A DNA stretch of 64,000 bases from TPA_inf: Saccharomyces (lineage: Eukaryota), in the NCBI GenBank assembly GCA_000146045.2, contig BK006946.2, positions 384,001 to 448,000 on the forward strand, read 5' to 3'. Position 1 is the first letter of the stretch, and each line of letters starts with the position of its first letter. Positions 25,154-36,191 of this stretch are shown in pieces. The notes under the pieces are model-generated. The model saw only the letters and a list, made by a program, of their open reading frames with translations. It made no database searches and was not told the origin of the DNA. The position numbers and the translations under genes were made by a program.

Positions 25154-26626
25154 ATGAATGCGGACCATCACCTGCAACAGCAGCAGCAACAGCGACAACA
25201 GCATCAACAACAACAGCATCAACAACAACAGCATCAGCATCAGCATCAACAGCAGCAGCACACGATATTACAAAATGTGTCGAACACTAACAATATCGGC
25301 AGCGATTCGCTGGCGTCACAGCCTTTCAACACGACTACTGTTTCCTCTAACAAGGACGACGTTATGGTGAACTCTGGGGCAAGAGAACTTCCAATGCCCT
25401 TACATCAGCAGCAGTATATATACCCTTACTATCAGTATACAAGTAATAACAGTAACAACAATAATGTGACGGCTGGTAACAATATGTCTGCGTCGCCGAT
25501 TGTCCATAACAACAGCAACAACAGCAACAACAGCAATATTTCTGCTTCTGATTACACTGTCGCAAACAACAGTACTAGCAATAATAACAATAATAATAAT
25601 AATAACAACAATAATAACAATAATATTCACCCAAACCAGTTTACTGCGGCCGCAAATATGAACTCAAATGCTGCAGCGGCTGCTTATTACTCCTTCCCCA
25701 CTGCGAATATGCCAATACCGCAACAGGATCAACAATATATGTTCAATCCTGCTTCATACATAAGCCATTACTATTCAGCAGTTAACAGCAATAACAATGG
25801 TAATAACGCCGCTAACAATGGCAGCAACAACTCTTCTCACTCAGCCCCAGCCCCGGCCCCCGGTCCACCCCATCACCATCACCATCATAGTAATACACAC
25901 AACAACCTCAACAATGGTGGTGCTGTAAATACAAACAACGCTCCTCAGCACCATCCAACGATAATAACGGATCAATTTCAATTCCAACTACAACAAAACC
26001 CTTCTCCAAATTTGAATCTCAATATTAACCCGGCACAACCTCTGCATCTACCTCCTGGTTGGAAAATAAACACTATGCCGCAACCACGTCCTACGACAGC
26101 ACCTAACCATCCCCCTGCGCCGGTGCCTTCTTCGAACCCTGTGGCCTCGAACTTGGTTCCTGCCCCATCATCAGACCATAAATATATCCATCAATGCCAA
26201 TTTTGTGAGAAGTCTTTCAAAAGAAAATCATGGTTGAAAAGGCACCTATTGTCACACTCGCAACAAAGACATTTTCTATGCCCTTGGTGCTTAAGCAGGC
26301 AGAAGAGAAAAGATAATCTTTTACAGCATATGAAACTCAAGCATACAAATTATTTATTAGACGAACTCAAGAAAAACAACATCATCTTTAACTACAACAA
26401 TTCTTCCTCCTCTAATAATAACAACGACAATAATAATAATAATAACAGCAATAGCGCTAGCGGCAGTGGCGGTGCCGGTGCCGCGGCGGCAGCAGCAACA
26501 GCTCCCGAAAATGAAGATGGAAACGGTTACGATACAAACATCAAGACTTTAATCAATGATGGTGTACTGAATAAGGACGACGTTAAACGTGTTTTGAATA
26601 ACCTTATTGTTAGTCACAACAAATAG
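25154..26626 (+). CDS. MOT3: C2H2 zinc-finger transcription factor with poly-Q/poly-N prion-like domain, 490 aa
   Basis: Two C2H2 fingers (CQFCEKSFKRKSWLKRHLLSH and FLCPWCLSRQKRKDNLLQHMKLKH). There are long Q-, N- and H-rich tracts. Confidence 0.92.
   Translation: MNADHHLQQQQQQRQQHQQQQHQQQQHQHQHQQQQHTILQNVSNTNNIGSDSLASQPFNTTTVSSNKDDVMVNSGARELPMPLHQQQYIYPYYQYTSNNSNNNNVTAGNNMSASPIVHNNSNNSNNSNISASDYTVANNSTSNNNNNNNNNNNNNNNIHPNQFTAAANMNSNAAAAAYYSFPTANMPIPQQDQQYMFNPASYISHYYSAVNSNNNGNNAANNGSNNSSHSAPAPAPGPPHHHHHHSNTHNNLNNGGAVNTNNAPQHHPTIITDQFQFQLQQNPSPNLNLNINPAQPLHLPPGWKINTMPQPRPTTAPNHPPAPVPSSNPVASNLVPAPSSDHKYIHQCQFCEKSFKRKSWLKRHLLSHSQQRHFLCPWCLSRQKRKDNLLQHMKLKHTNYLLDELKKNNIIFNYNNSSSSNNNNDNNNNNNSNSASGSGGAGAAAAAATAPENEDGNGYDTNIKTLINDGVLNKDDVKRVLNNLIVSHNK
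25175..25262 (+). repeat. Imperfect CAG/CAA/CAT trinucleotide repeat encoding poly-Q/H at the MOT3 N-terminus
   Basis: A direct read of cagcagcagcaacagcgacaacagcatcaacaacaacagcatcaacaacaacagcatcagcatcagcatcaacagcagcagcac. Confidence 0.9.
25560..25630 (+). repeat. AAT/AAC trinucleotide repeat encoding poly-Asn within MOT3
   Basis: A direct read of aataataacaataataataataataacaacaataataacaataat. Confidence 0.9.
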
Positions 26627-26761
26627 ATAGACTTTATAGACACACAAAATATCCCTTCCCACTCATTTAACAATCAAGATAATAGTAATAATCACAAATT
26701 TAGAAAGTAATTATGCATATATACATTATATACATATAGTTTATGTATGGTACGGAACTGA

Positions 26762-27265
26762 TTACAACATCTCTCTAACAACGGCCTCGTGAGGGAAATC
26801 GTCATCTGTAGGATTTTTGATAATGTTCGTATTCTGGAACTCTTGGTGTTTAGTATATGCTACCGCATAACTGATTGACGATATCGTTAGCCCGACAGCT
26901 ACCACAATTAGACTCGTAGCCATCACTGCAATGGAAATATACTGGATTATCGCCATTGCTAGATAGAAAAGACATCTCCATCCATTTGTTTCAAATCTCT
27001 TGATGAATTCAATGAAATTATCGCTAAGGGGACAGATTTTCAACAAAAATGGTATTTCAATGAATAGGATCACTAACCCTTGGATTATACTAATGATACC
27101 AAAAGCTATCACCCCACTAACGTGGAACAGATTCGCTATCCCGAGTGCAATACACAAGATTATGTTGATATATCCAAACCATCTACCATATACGCTAAAG
27201 TTGAAACTTTTCAAATCCTTCACCATACCACCCACATTGATGAACTGTCCTAAACTTAAAGCCAT
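26762..27265 (-). CDS. TVP18: Small Golgi membrane protein (4 TM), 167 aa
   Basis: A 167-aa ORF consisting almost entirely of four hydrophobic helices. Confidence 0.8.
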   Translation of the reverse strand: MALSLGQFINVGGMVKDLKSFNFSVYGRWFGYINIILCIALGIANLFHVSGVIAFGIISIIQGLVILFIEIPFLLKICPLSDNFIEFIKRFETNGWRCLFYLAMAIIQYISIAVMATSLIVVAVGLTISSISYAVAYTKHQEFQNTNIIKNPTDDDFPHEAVVREML

Positions 27266-27372
27266 TATTGAAAACTAGTATATTTTAGTTGTTATTGCTC
27301 TTCTCCTGGTGACCTACAATCCCACTTCACTAGTAGGGGAATTCTGGATCTTTACTTCGCTGATATAGCACC

Positions 27373-27396
27373 TTTTTTCTTTTTTTTTTTTCTTTT
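27373..27396. promoter_or_regulatory. Poly(dT) tract in the divergent TVP18/ABF2 promoter (probable nucleosome-depleted region)
   Basis: ccttttttcttttttttttttctttt sits between two divergently oriented starts. Confidence 0.5.
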
Positions 27397-27568
27397 GCCT
27401 TTTTTACGAGCCACAGACTTTCCTCCTTTACCCTACTATTCGTAGCCGTCTTTTTTTGTTGTTTTTTTTTTTTGTGAAACAACGTAGCAAGAAAGGGATC
27501 CTCATCCAAACTAGGATAAACAAGTAAACAGATTAACAAAGAAGCCAATCAATTACAACAACAAATAA

Positions 27569-28120
27569 ATGAACAGTTACAGCCTATTAACTAGATCTTT
27601 CCACGAATCTTCTAAGCCCCTTTTCAATTTGGCTAGCACCTTGTTGAAGGCTTCCAAGAGAACGCAGCTTAGAAATGAATTGATAAAACAGGGTCCTAAA
27701 AGGCCCACATCTGCTTATTTCTTATATTTGCAAGACCACAGAAGTCAATTCGTTAAGGAAAATCCAACCTTACGTCCTGCTGAAATCAGCAAGATTGCCG
27801 GTGAAAAGTGGCAAAATTTAGAGGCTGATATAAAGGAAAAATACATTTCTGAAAGAAAAAAGTTGTATTCTGAATACCAAAAGGCGAAGAAGGAGTTTGA
27901 CGAAAAACTTCCTCCAAAGAAACCAGCAGGACCCTTCATTAAGTATGCCAATGAAGTTCGTTCGCAAGTTTTTGCACAACATCCTGACAAGTCTCAATTG
28001 GATCTAATGAAAATTATCGGAGATAAATGGCAATCCTTGGATCAAAGCATTAAGGACAAATACATACAAGAGTACAAAAAAGCTATCCAAGAATATAATG
28101 CTCGCTACCCTCTCAACTAG
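27569..28120 (+). CDS. ABF2: Mitochondrial DNA-packaging HMG-box protein (two HMG boxes), 183 aa
   Basis: Two tandem HMG boxes (KRPTSAYFLYLQDHRSQFVKENP… and KKPAGPFIKYANEVRSQVFAQHP…) with an N-terminal presequence. Confidence 0.92.
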   Translation: MNSYSLLTRSFHESSKPLFNLASTLLKASKRTQLRNELIKQGPKRPTSAYFLYLQDHRSQFVKENPTLRPAEISKIAGEKWQNLEADIKEKYISERKKLYSEYQKAKKEFDEKLPPKKPAGPFIKYANEVRSQVFAQHPDKSQLDLMKIIGDKWQSLDQSIKDKYIQEYKKAIQEYNARYPLN

Positions 28121-28267
28121 ACCGCGGTACTCTCACAATGTTTTTTATGCCTTTATTCTTTCCGTTCCTATCCAAACAAATAAATAAATTTAACTTAACC
28201 AAGCAAGTGTGTAGTGTTTTTATATCCTATGTAAGTCTTCAAACTTTTTTTTTATCTCTGGTAACCT

Positions 28268-28873
28268 TTATTCGCATACAACGCCAATGAAACAAACCTG
28301 TAATAATTTTTCATAGTTAACCCATTGATGATACTTATTAAAATATGTAATCAAATCGTCACTATTACGGTGCTTTATTAAGATGTCCGTACCACCTGGA
28401 TGGAACTTCAAATAACTAGAAATGTCATAGACTTTGCCGTTTATAACGCACCATAACTCGTCCTCACCTTTACAATGCTTCTTTACGATTTTTCTGTTTA
28501 TTCTTAAGGGTGGCATTATTTTATAAAGGGGTATCTTTTGGACAAGCAATTGGTTCTTCAGTTGTGAAGGTGAAAACTTGAAGTTATCTTTTTGAAATAC
28601 CGGATCATCGAGTAAATCCTGGATAAGCTGTAGCGAAACGAATTTTGTATAATAATTCGCTGGATTGGAGGTTAGAGAGTGCCAGTCCAGAGCACTGTGC
28701 CCAGGATCTAGTCTTATTTTGGTTCTTACAAGAGGCTTTCTTGACGACTTCGACATGGGCATATGCAGCGGGGATGATATGGCAGGATGAGCAACGCTTA
28801 GTCGCTGAGGAGCAGCGAATCTGACATTTGGTTTCGAGTTTGAAACATCTCTGTTCATGCCGTCACTACTCAT
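28268..28873 (-). CDS. IRC21: Cytochrome b5-like heme-binding domain protein, 201 aa
   Basis: A C-terminal cyt-b5 fold with the heme-ligand motif (…LKFHPGGTDIL…). Confidence 0.85.
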   Translation of the reverse strand: MSSDGMNRDVSNSKPNVRFAAPQRLSVAHPAISSPLHMPMSKSSRKPLVRTKIRLDPGHSALDWHSLTSNPANYYTKFVSLQLIQDLLDDPVFQKDNFKFSPSQLKNQLLVQKIPLYKIMPPLRINRKIVKKHCKGEDELWCVINGKVYDISSYLKFHPGGTDILIKHRNSDDLITYFNKYHQWVNYEKLLQVCFIGVVCE

Positions 28874-29035
28874 ATCTCTATGAGTGTAATCTAAGCACCT
28901 GCTAATATGTTATATTCTGCTTATTCGTCCTTTTGCTACACATAATTAATGTAACTTTAACTCTAGTTCTATAAAGGATATGATTTGTACTAAATGTAAC
29001 ATTATACGAAAAAACATATTATTCGTTTATATAAA

Positions 29036-29473
29036 CTAATCAAAGAAGTCGTCATCATCTTCGTCGTCATCATTTTTAGCATTCTGCTTGTCAAATGAAT
29101 TCAGATCTTCGCTGAAATCTTTCCGTTCGAAGATAATCTTACTGTTATTTTGTGAATTTTGTTGCTTGGCGATACCATTCAAGATTGAAACAATTTCAGC
29201 TTCAGTGATTTTATGAGTGACGTTGTTTGTAGCAATCAGTTTCTTTAAGTATGTCTCTACTGCTTGGGCCCTGTCTCTACGGACCAAGGCCACTCGAGAT
29301 AATCTTTCTAAAGCTTGTGGCTCCAAGAAATTTGCAATAGCTGCACCAACGGGAGCGGAATTTTCACCTCCACCATTATTAGCACCGCTATTTCTATCGC
29401 CGTTGGTACCCCCACTGTTGTTTTTCAACTGAGCCAATCTGGCTTCCCTAATAGCTTGTAACTCTGGGTCCAT
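29036..29473 (-). CDS. PDCD5/TFAR19-like small acidic protein, 145 aa; the start is taken at the internal Met
   Basis: The ORF-track frame is 174 aa. The internal ATG gives 145 aa with a helical N-terminus (MDPELQAIREARLAQLK) typical of PDCD5-family proteins and an acidic DDDEDDDDFFD tail. This corresponds to YMR074C. Confidence 0.7.
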   Translation of the reverse strand: MDPELQAIREARLAQLKNNSGGTNGDRNSGANNGGGENSAPVGAAIANFLEPQALERLSRVALVRRDRAQAVETYLKKLIATNNVTHKITEAEIVSILNGIAKQQNSQNNSKIIFERKDFSEDLNSFDKQNAKNDDDEDDDDFFD

Positions 29474-29981
29474 ATCTGAGCACACACTTCCTCCTGAATT
29501 GTAATCCAGAGAGCAAGAAGATTTTTCAACTTTTACTCTTGGTTCTCCTTGTAGAACCACAAGTGGTATAAAAATTCTCGCTTACCCAGCCCAAAAATTC
29601 TCATCTGTTTCTCATCTGTTTCTCGTCCGAATAAGTTTCCCGTTCGCAGCTAGGATTTCACCTGCTCACCATAATAGGCAACTTTCTTCCTCATGTAGGA
29701 AATTATACTATTGCTCTCTGTTGCAAGGTTATTTTTGAGCCTTAATACCATATTAGTAGATATAAATACATATATATCGTGTTAACCCATAAGTGGTAGT
29801 TTTAGTAGCTCGCTGCAAGATCTGCCTCATTCCTTTGTAGAGAACGACGTACCCACTACGCGTTTGAACATTTGCAACAAGCACGAGAGGAAGGAAGAAG
29901 AATACCAAGTATAAACGAGAATAATCACCATAGAAAAACCTATAAAAGACACTTCCATTACCATCTGCTAATAATAATACA

Positions 29982-32036
29982 ATGGACACCAGCAAGAAAG
30001 ATACTACTAGGTCGCCCTCACATTCCAACAGTTCTTCTCCTTCATCTTCTTCTCTCTCTTCATCTTCTTCCAAAGAGAAAAAACGTCCTAAGAGACTATC
30101 CTCCCAGAATGTAAATTACGATTTGAAAAGGAGAAAGATCATCACTTCTGAAGGTATAGAAAGATCATTCAAGAACGAGCATAGCAATCTTGCAGTTGAA
30201 GACAATATCCCGGAAGAAGAACCCAAGGAACTTCTTGAAAAGGACTCCAAGGGTAATATCATCAAACTTAATGAGCCATCCACCATCTCGGAAGATTCGA
30301 AGGTATCTGTCACTGGATTGCCGTTAAATAAAGGTCCTTCTGAGAAAATCAAGCGAGAGTCTCTTTGGAATTATAGAAAAAATTTGGGAGGCCAATCGAA
30401 CAACTCAGAAATGACGCTGGTCCCCAGTAAAAGATTTACTCAGGTGCCGAAAAATTTTCAGGATTTGAACAGAAATGATTTGAAAACGTTTTTAACTGAG
30501 AACATGACTGAAGAGAGCAATATACGGTCAACTATTGGTTGGAATGGCGATATAATAAACAGAACTCGTGACCGTGAACCTGAAAGCGACCGCGATAATA
30601 AAAAGCTATCAAATATTAGAACCAAAATAATACTTTCAACGAATGCTACCTATGATTCAAAAAGTAAACTATTTGGCCAAAATTCCATCAAGTCAACATC
30701 GAATGCGAGTGAAAAAATTTTCAGGGACAAGAACAATTCAACCATAGATTTTGAGAATGAAGATTTTTGTTCGGCTTGTAATCAGTCAGGTTCTTTTTTA
30801 TGCTGTGATACATGCCCCAAATCCTTTCACTTTCTTTGCTTAGACCCACCAATTGATCCGAACAACCTGCCTAAAGGTGATTGGCATTGTAATGAATGTA
30901 AGTTTAAAATCTTCATAAATAACTCAATGGCAACTTTAAAAAAAATTGAATCCAACTTCATTAAGCAAAATAACAACGTCAAGATTTTTGCTAAATTACT
31001 TTTCAATATCGATTCCCACAACCCAAAACAGTTCCAGCTACCAAATTATATAAAAGAAACCTTTCCTGCTGTGAAAACGGGTTCGAGAGGACAATACTCT
31101 GATGAGAATGATAAGATTCCATTAACTGATAGACAATTGTTTAACACTTCTTATGGCCAAAGCATAACTAAATTGGACTCTTACAACCCGGATACACATA
31201 TAGATTCAAATTCAGGTAAGTTTTTAATTTGTTACAAATGCAATCAAACCAGACTAGGTTCATGGTCTCATCCAGAAAATTCAAGATTAATAATGACTTG
31301 TGATTATTGTCAGACTCCATGGCATTTGGATTGTGTACCGAGGGCTTCTTTCAAGAACTTAGGTTCAAAATGGAAATGTCCTCTACATTCCCCAACTAAA
31401 GTTTACAAAAAGATACACCATTGTCAAGAAGATAATAGCGTAAATTATAAGGTGTGGAAAAAACAACGATTGATAAACAAGAAAAACCAACTTTATTATG
31501 AACCTTTACAAAAAATAGGCTACCAAAATAACGGGAACATTCAAATCATACCAACAACTAGTCATACAGATTATGATTTCAATCAAGATTTCAAAATTAC
31601 ACAAATAGATGAAAATTCCATTAAATATGATTTTTTTGATAAAATTTACAAATCAAAAATGGTTCAAAAAAGAAAACTCTTTCAATTTCAAGAAAGTTTA
31701 ATAGATAAGTTAGTATCAAATGGATCCCAAAATGGCAATAGCGAGGATAATATGGTCAAAGACATAGCCTCTTTAATATATTTCCAAGTTAGCAACAACG
31801 ACAAGAGTAGTAACAATAAATCGGCTTCCAAAAGCAATAACTTAAGAAAATTATGGGATTTGAAAGAACTGACTAACGTAGTCGTGCCGAACGAACTAGA
31901 TTCTATACAATTCAATGACTTTTCCAGCGATGAAATAAAGCATCTGTTATATTTAAAGAAGATTATCGAATCCAAACCAAAGGAAGAACTGTTAAAATTT
32001 TTAAACATAGAAAATCCCGAAAACCAATCCGAATAG
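29982..32036 (+). CDS. RCO1: Rpd3S histone deacetylase complex subunit with two PHD fingers, 684 aa
   Basis: PHD fingers are present (CSACNQSGSFLCCDTCPKSFHFLCLDPP…WHCNEC and CYKCNQ…MTCDYCQTPWHLDCV). Confidence 0.9.
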   Translation: MDTSKKDTTRSPSHSNSSSPSSSSLSSSSSKEKKRPKRLSSQNVNYDLKRRKIITSEGIERSFKNEHSNLAVEDNIPEEEPKELLEKDSKGNIIKLNEPSTISEDSKVSVTGLPLNKGPSEKIKRESLWNYRKNLGGQSNNSEMTLVPSKRFTQVPKNFQDLNRNDLKTFLTENMTEESNIRSTIGWNGDIINRTRDREPESDRDNKKLSNIRTKIILSTNATYDSKSKLFGQNSIKSTSNASEKIFRDKNNSTIDFENEDFCSACNQSGSFLCCDTCPKSFHFLCLDPPIDPNNLPKGDWHCNECKFKIFINNSMATLKKIESNFIKQNNNVKIFAKLLFNIDSHNPKQFQLPNYIKETFPAVKTGSRGQYSDENDKIPLTDRQLFNTSYGQSITKLDSYNPDTHIDSNSGKFLICYKCNQTRLGSWSHPENSRLIMTCDYCQTPWHLDCVPRASFKNLGSKWKCPLHSPTKVYKKIHHCQEDNSVNYKVWKKQRLINKKNQLYYEPLQKIGYQNNGNIQIIPTTSHTDYDFNQDFKITQIDENSIKYDFFDKIYKSKMVQKRKLFQFQESLIDKLVSNGSQNGNSEDNMVKDIASLIYFQVSNNDKSSNNKSASKSNNLRKLWDLKELTNVVVPNELDSIQFNDFSSDEIKHLLYLKKIIESKPKEELLKFLNIENPENQSE

Positions 32037-32195
32037 AAACGGCGTACATACATAAAGAATAAATCAGGAACGTGAACACCTTCCTTACATATATACACAC
32101 ATACATAGGCATATGTATCGCATCTTAAAGTGAGAGATCTACCTATTTTCCTTTTTTTTCCATTTACAACATAGCAATTGATGTTTTTTTCCCTT

Positions 32196-35100
32196 CTAAG
32201 TCATCTCGATGTCATCATCTTCATCGTCTTTGTAGTCAACTTCTTTCCTGACCCTCAATTTCTTCATCACAATATTTTCGTGCCCTTTCTTGGTTTCATT
32301 TTTGTTAGACGGTGAATAACTGTCATCATCACTGTCTGATTCTCGATCCCCATCACCTTCTTCGTCGTCAGCCTGTGATCTCGCATGATGAACTTTCTTC
32401 TTTTTTTTTTGTGATTCATTGTTTTCGTGAGCTAATAACCTCTTTTGAAGCCTTTGTCTTTGAGTTTGTGACGTGTGAAGAATCCGTCCGATTTTAGCTT
32501 TTATATTGTTTTGTATTTTTTCAGTCAAGCTCTCTGGTATGTATGTTTTGAAAGATAACTGGGCCTCCTGAACCGTTGCAAAAGGTTTGAACAAATCTGA
32601 TGGTAAGTTTAATTTACCTGGATATGCTGAATGTTGCCAATTTTTCTTCTCTTTTAAATTCAATAGAATCATTTGCGACAGCTCACCTATGATATACATT
32701 TTCTGACCGTAAGGTCTATGCTTCTTTGGCGCTTCTTCTTTTTGTGGTCCTTCTTCTTCATCAATTTCATCCTCAACTAACTTATCTTGATAGTTTTTTA
32801 CCCTTTCTGATAAATAATAGAGCAAACTGAAGTTCTCTTGGGCGGCAATAGAGTCAAAGTAAAACAGCAAATAATCAATCGCTGTTGTTAAAGCATTTAG
32901 ATATGCGTCTCCTTCGGAATCTAAACCTCCCACAATATCAGGGTGATGTGCAATCGCATGTATCAACCTAGGCAAAGCTCTTTCAAATATCGTCCCTTTT
33001 TTAAATGATTTTAAGCCAAATGTAAAGTTTATCCATATCTTCGTTGTGGTTTTCAGTTCGACATCTGGTTCATAAGCAGTAAAAAATACTAGTGGTAGGA
33101 ACTTTATGGAAATCAGTTCATTAGCAACATAATCTTTCAGTTGTTCCAAAAATGTTTTTCTTACTGGCAGCGATTCATCTTCAACCAAATTAATTAATTT
33201 AATAATGTCCGAAGGTTTGATAAAGTTGTTCAAATTAGAAATCCTGGCCAGTTTTAAAACTTGAATTCCTGCCACACACCTCAATTTTGTTTGATAATTA
33301 CTGGGGGTGGGATAAAACTCCTTGTTAAACTCGGAAATCAGCTCACCACCACTTGCAATCAAGTAAAAGAATAACTTCATAGTTTTTTCGGTGAAACTTT
33401 CTGCCAATTCATCTCGTGGAACATCCGGAGCAATTGATCTCAATTTGTTGGTGAACAGCTTTAAAGTAAACACCTTATTACCTATTGCAGAATATTTCGT
33501 GTCACTTAATAGAGAATCTTCTACCCAGTCAATTTCTTTTTTTGAATCACCAACGACCTGGTTTGATAATAGAACTTCTTTAATTAGGTATGATATGATA
33601 TCAGTGGAATCATCATTTAGGACGTGAGGGAATTTTTTAAATATTTCCATGAGTACAATAATATGAGATGTAAAATACTTGTCTTTTTGCAAATCTAAAG
33701 GTAGGATACGTATTTTTATCTTTTTCAGAGTTTCTTCAGCTTTGGGCGATAAAGCGATAAGTTTTGTGGCGTATTTCGTTATTTCTGGTTTACTTTCAAC
33801 TGCAAAATCGTATAATTTGGTGAAGAAAAACGTGTCGTCAAAATCCACTTGATCCTTTAATGTTTTGGAAGCCTTGTAAAGGGTTTTTAAAGCTTCTTCC
33901 AATGACAAGTTATCATTTTTTTCTGCATCTGGATCATCCAAATCCTTGATAATGGTTTTTAATGTTCTAATCTGATCTTTAAATAATGTGGGATTGACTT
34001 TCGATATATCATCCAAGATTCTTCTTTTCAAATCCAATTGTTTTGCGTCAGAATTATTAGATAGGTTCAATAAAACACTGATGTTGGATACATTATAAAT
34101 TATTGGTGAGGCTCTAAAAAGCAAAATTTGTATTACCTTGGCGATATCACGTGGCATAATGGAAGCACCAGTAGATATATTATATTTTTTAAATAGTCCT
34201 GGCGTTTGTAACTTACTGACCAATTCATTGTAACAATTTTTAAAAGTAAGAAACGGAATATCGTTGGTGACACAGGCATTTAATAAATAAAAGATTCTTT
34301 CGTCGTTAAATTGTTTTATTGTTTCGAGGGCGTCGATTGCTTTCGTAGAGTCAGAAAGGCCAGAAGCTAACCACTGGAGAGTTTGGTTGTACTTGTTCAT
34401 TACAATAGGACCTTGAGACGAGCTCATACTTTCTTGATTGTTCAAAAATTTACTAAAATCAATATATTTGGATATAGCGAAGGATATTTTGATTTGTCTT
34501 GCATTGAAAGCGAAAAATGAAGTGAATGCCTTCTTATCAAAATGTGACAAAACCGTTAGCAGTCTGTGGACTCTTTTATCGTTATCTGGTTCAAACGGTA
34601 GTAGGTATTCGAAAATTACGCTGTCGACTTGTTCATTGATGTTTAAATCATTGATATAATAGAGATTGTATAAAGTGGATGGTATGGTGTCTATGATTTC
34701 CCAAATTTCTTTATTTTGGTATGTCCTTTCGATCTCATTCAATGAATTTGAGTAAAACTTGGCCATAGTGTTAATGCAGAGTTCCCTAACCTCCTTATGT
34801 TTTTCTCGGGCCAAATGAAGTAAAGATGTATAAATGGCTTTATTGGTTATATTTTTCCAAATTTCAGTAACGGGAACTTTATTAAAAATCATAACAGAAG
34901 TCCTGCGTACACGAGGATCAGAATCAATAAAGGTTTTTGCCAGTGCCTGATTCAGTTCTTTGGATATGTCTTCTCTCGTGGCAATGATTTGAGGAATTGA
35001 TTCTGTCCATTCTACTCTAACATCGGGACTAATATCAGCAATTTTGGAAATCCATGCCTTGAACGTATCGGAATGTGTAGAAACAAAATTTAAATCCGAA

Positions 35101-36029
35101 TATGAGGTAAGTATTTGACCAATTAATTTTGTAGCTTCTTTTCTGAAAAGCTCGTTTTCCGAAGATAATTCGTGGTATATAAATCCGATTACTGCATTGA
35201 TCAGTTCGGGTACTGTTTCCCAAAGTCTCAATACCAGTTTATGTAATTTCACTACCACAGTGAGAAGTCTTGAATTATTGTCATCATTAGTTGCTTCATG
35301 AATAATCTCGGAATAGTATTTAGTTAGATGTCTACTCATTCTATTGGAATAAGTATCACACAAAATTAGACTAACTTCGTAGCCACAGTCAGAAGTAACG
35401 TTCAAACCTTCAGGAATTTCATTCGGGTTATAGGTCAAAAACTTATTAAAAATTAATCTTAGTACTTCTAGGGGAACAGAATCGAACTCAGAGATGACTT
35501 CACCGAGAATACCGCCTATTACATTGAAGAGCCTTGCGGGGAAGCTCTTGTTAGGATCGTAAAAAATATGGAATAGTTCGATAAGTAAATTGTTTGAACT
35601 AGGTAAATCGGCTAATAATACGATTGATCTGTATTCTAGTAGCTTAGTGATCAAATAAGTTTGTTGGATGTGATAGCCGTTTTCTTGGTCACCTAATTGT
35701 TCAAATTGTGAGAGCACCAGCTTGAAAATGTCCGTTAGTTGAGCATCCGTATAAGGCGCATCTGGAGCATATAATCTCAGGATATCGCTTAGACAACAAG
35801 CGGTGAAAGCGCGGATCCCCACGTCTTTATGTTTTAATAATTTTCTGCTAACTAGTGCGTCCCTATATTTATCTAATCCCGTTAAATCTGTATTGTCTTG
35901 ATCCAGAGAGGCTAATTCCTCATGTAAAGCTTTTAAACGATCTAATAGTTCATTTGTTGATATCAGCTGATCGGAGGTAGATATTATAGGTGAGTTAAAC
36001 TTCAGTTTAGTAACAGCACCTTTAGCCAT
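32196..36029 (-). CDS. PDS5: Sister-chromatid cohesion maintenance factor (HEAT repeats), 1277 aa
   Basis: A 1277-aa helical-repeat protein with an acidic/basic C-terminal tail. Length and context match Pds5. Confidence 0.9.
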   Translation of the reverse strand: MAKGAVTKLKFNSPIISTSDQLISTNELLDRLKALHEELASLDQDNTDLTGLDKYRDALVSRKLLKHKDVGIRAFTACCLSDILRLYAPDAPYTDAQLTDIFKLVLSQFEQLGDQENGYHIQQTYLITKLLEYRSIVLLADLPSSNNLLIELFHIFYDPNKSFPARLFNVIGGILGEVISEFDSVPLEVLRLIFNKFLTYNPNEIPEGLNVTSDCGYEVSLILCDTYSNRMSRHLTKYYSEIIHEATNDDNNSRLLTVVVKLHKLVLRLWETVPELINAVIGFIYHELSSENELFRKEATKLIGQILTSYSDLNFVSTHSDTFKAWISKIADISPDVRVEWTESIPQIIATREDISKELNQALAKTFIDSDPRVRRTSVMIFNKVPVTEIWKNITNKAIYTSLLHLAREKHKEVRELCINTMAKFYSNSLNEIERTYQNKEIWEIIDTIPSTLYNLYYINDLNINEQVDSVIFEYLLPFEPDNDKRVHRLLTVLSHFDKKAFTSFFAFNARQIKISFAISKYIDFSKFLNNQESMSSSQGPIVMNKYNQTLQWLASGLSDSTKAIDALETIKQFNDERIFYLLNACVTNDIPFLTFKNCYNELVSKLQTPGLFKKYNISTGASIMPRDIAKVIQILLFRASPIIYNVSNISVLLNLSNNSDAKQLDLKRRILDDISKVNPTLFKDQIRTLKTIIKDLDDPDAEKNDNLSLEEALKTLYKASKTLKDQVDFDDTFFFTKLYDFAVESKPEITKYATKLIALSPKAEETLKKIKIRILPLDLQKDKYFTSHIIVLMEIFKKFPHVLNDDSTDIISYLIKEVLLSNQVVGDSKKEIDWVEDSLLSDTKYSAIGNKVFTLKLFTNKLRSIAPDVPRDELAESFTEKTMKLFFYLIASGGELISEFNKEFYPTPSNYQTKLRCVAGIQVLKLARISNLNNFIKPSDIIKLINLVEDESLPVRKTFLEQLKDYVANELISIKFLPLVFFTAYEPDVELKTTTKIWINFTFGLKSFKKGTIFERALPRLIHAIAHHPDIVGGLDSEGDAYLNALTTAIDYLLFYFDSIAAQENFSLLYYLSERVKNYQDKLVEDEIDEEEGPQKEEAPKKHRPYGQKMYIIGELSQMILLNLKEKKNWQHSAYPGKLNLPSDLFKPFATVQEAQLSFKTYIPESLTEKIQNNIKAKIGRILHTSQTQRQRLQKRLLAHENNESQKKKKKVHHARSQADDEEGDGDRESDSDDDSYSPSNKNETKKGHENIVMKKLRVRKEVDYKDDEDDDIEMT

Positions 36030-36191
36030 TTTGTTCGCACTTTATTTCTTGCTTCTTTACAAATATACCTGTAAAAATTGAGACCGGATACAAACTAACA
36101 AGGTGGATAAACTTCTTTTAGGTCTTTTTACAATTAACAACAATTTCGATGGAGCCTAGGTTTATAAACTTTCACTTGTTTATACAACTTT

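Noticed and set aside
25061-25630. Poly-Leu (25061-25261) and poly-Ile/Val (25400-25630) minus-strand ORFs
   Set aside because: They are reverse-complement readings of the MOT3 CAG/CAA and AAT repeats (CTG gives Leu, ATT gives Ile). They are artefacts of trinucleotide repeats.
31688-32098. A 136-aa minus-strand ORF overlapping the 3' end of RCO1
   Set aside because: It overlaps a well-supported gene on the opposite strand. It has a hydrophobic low-complexity translation and is probably non-coding (a dubious-ORF class).
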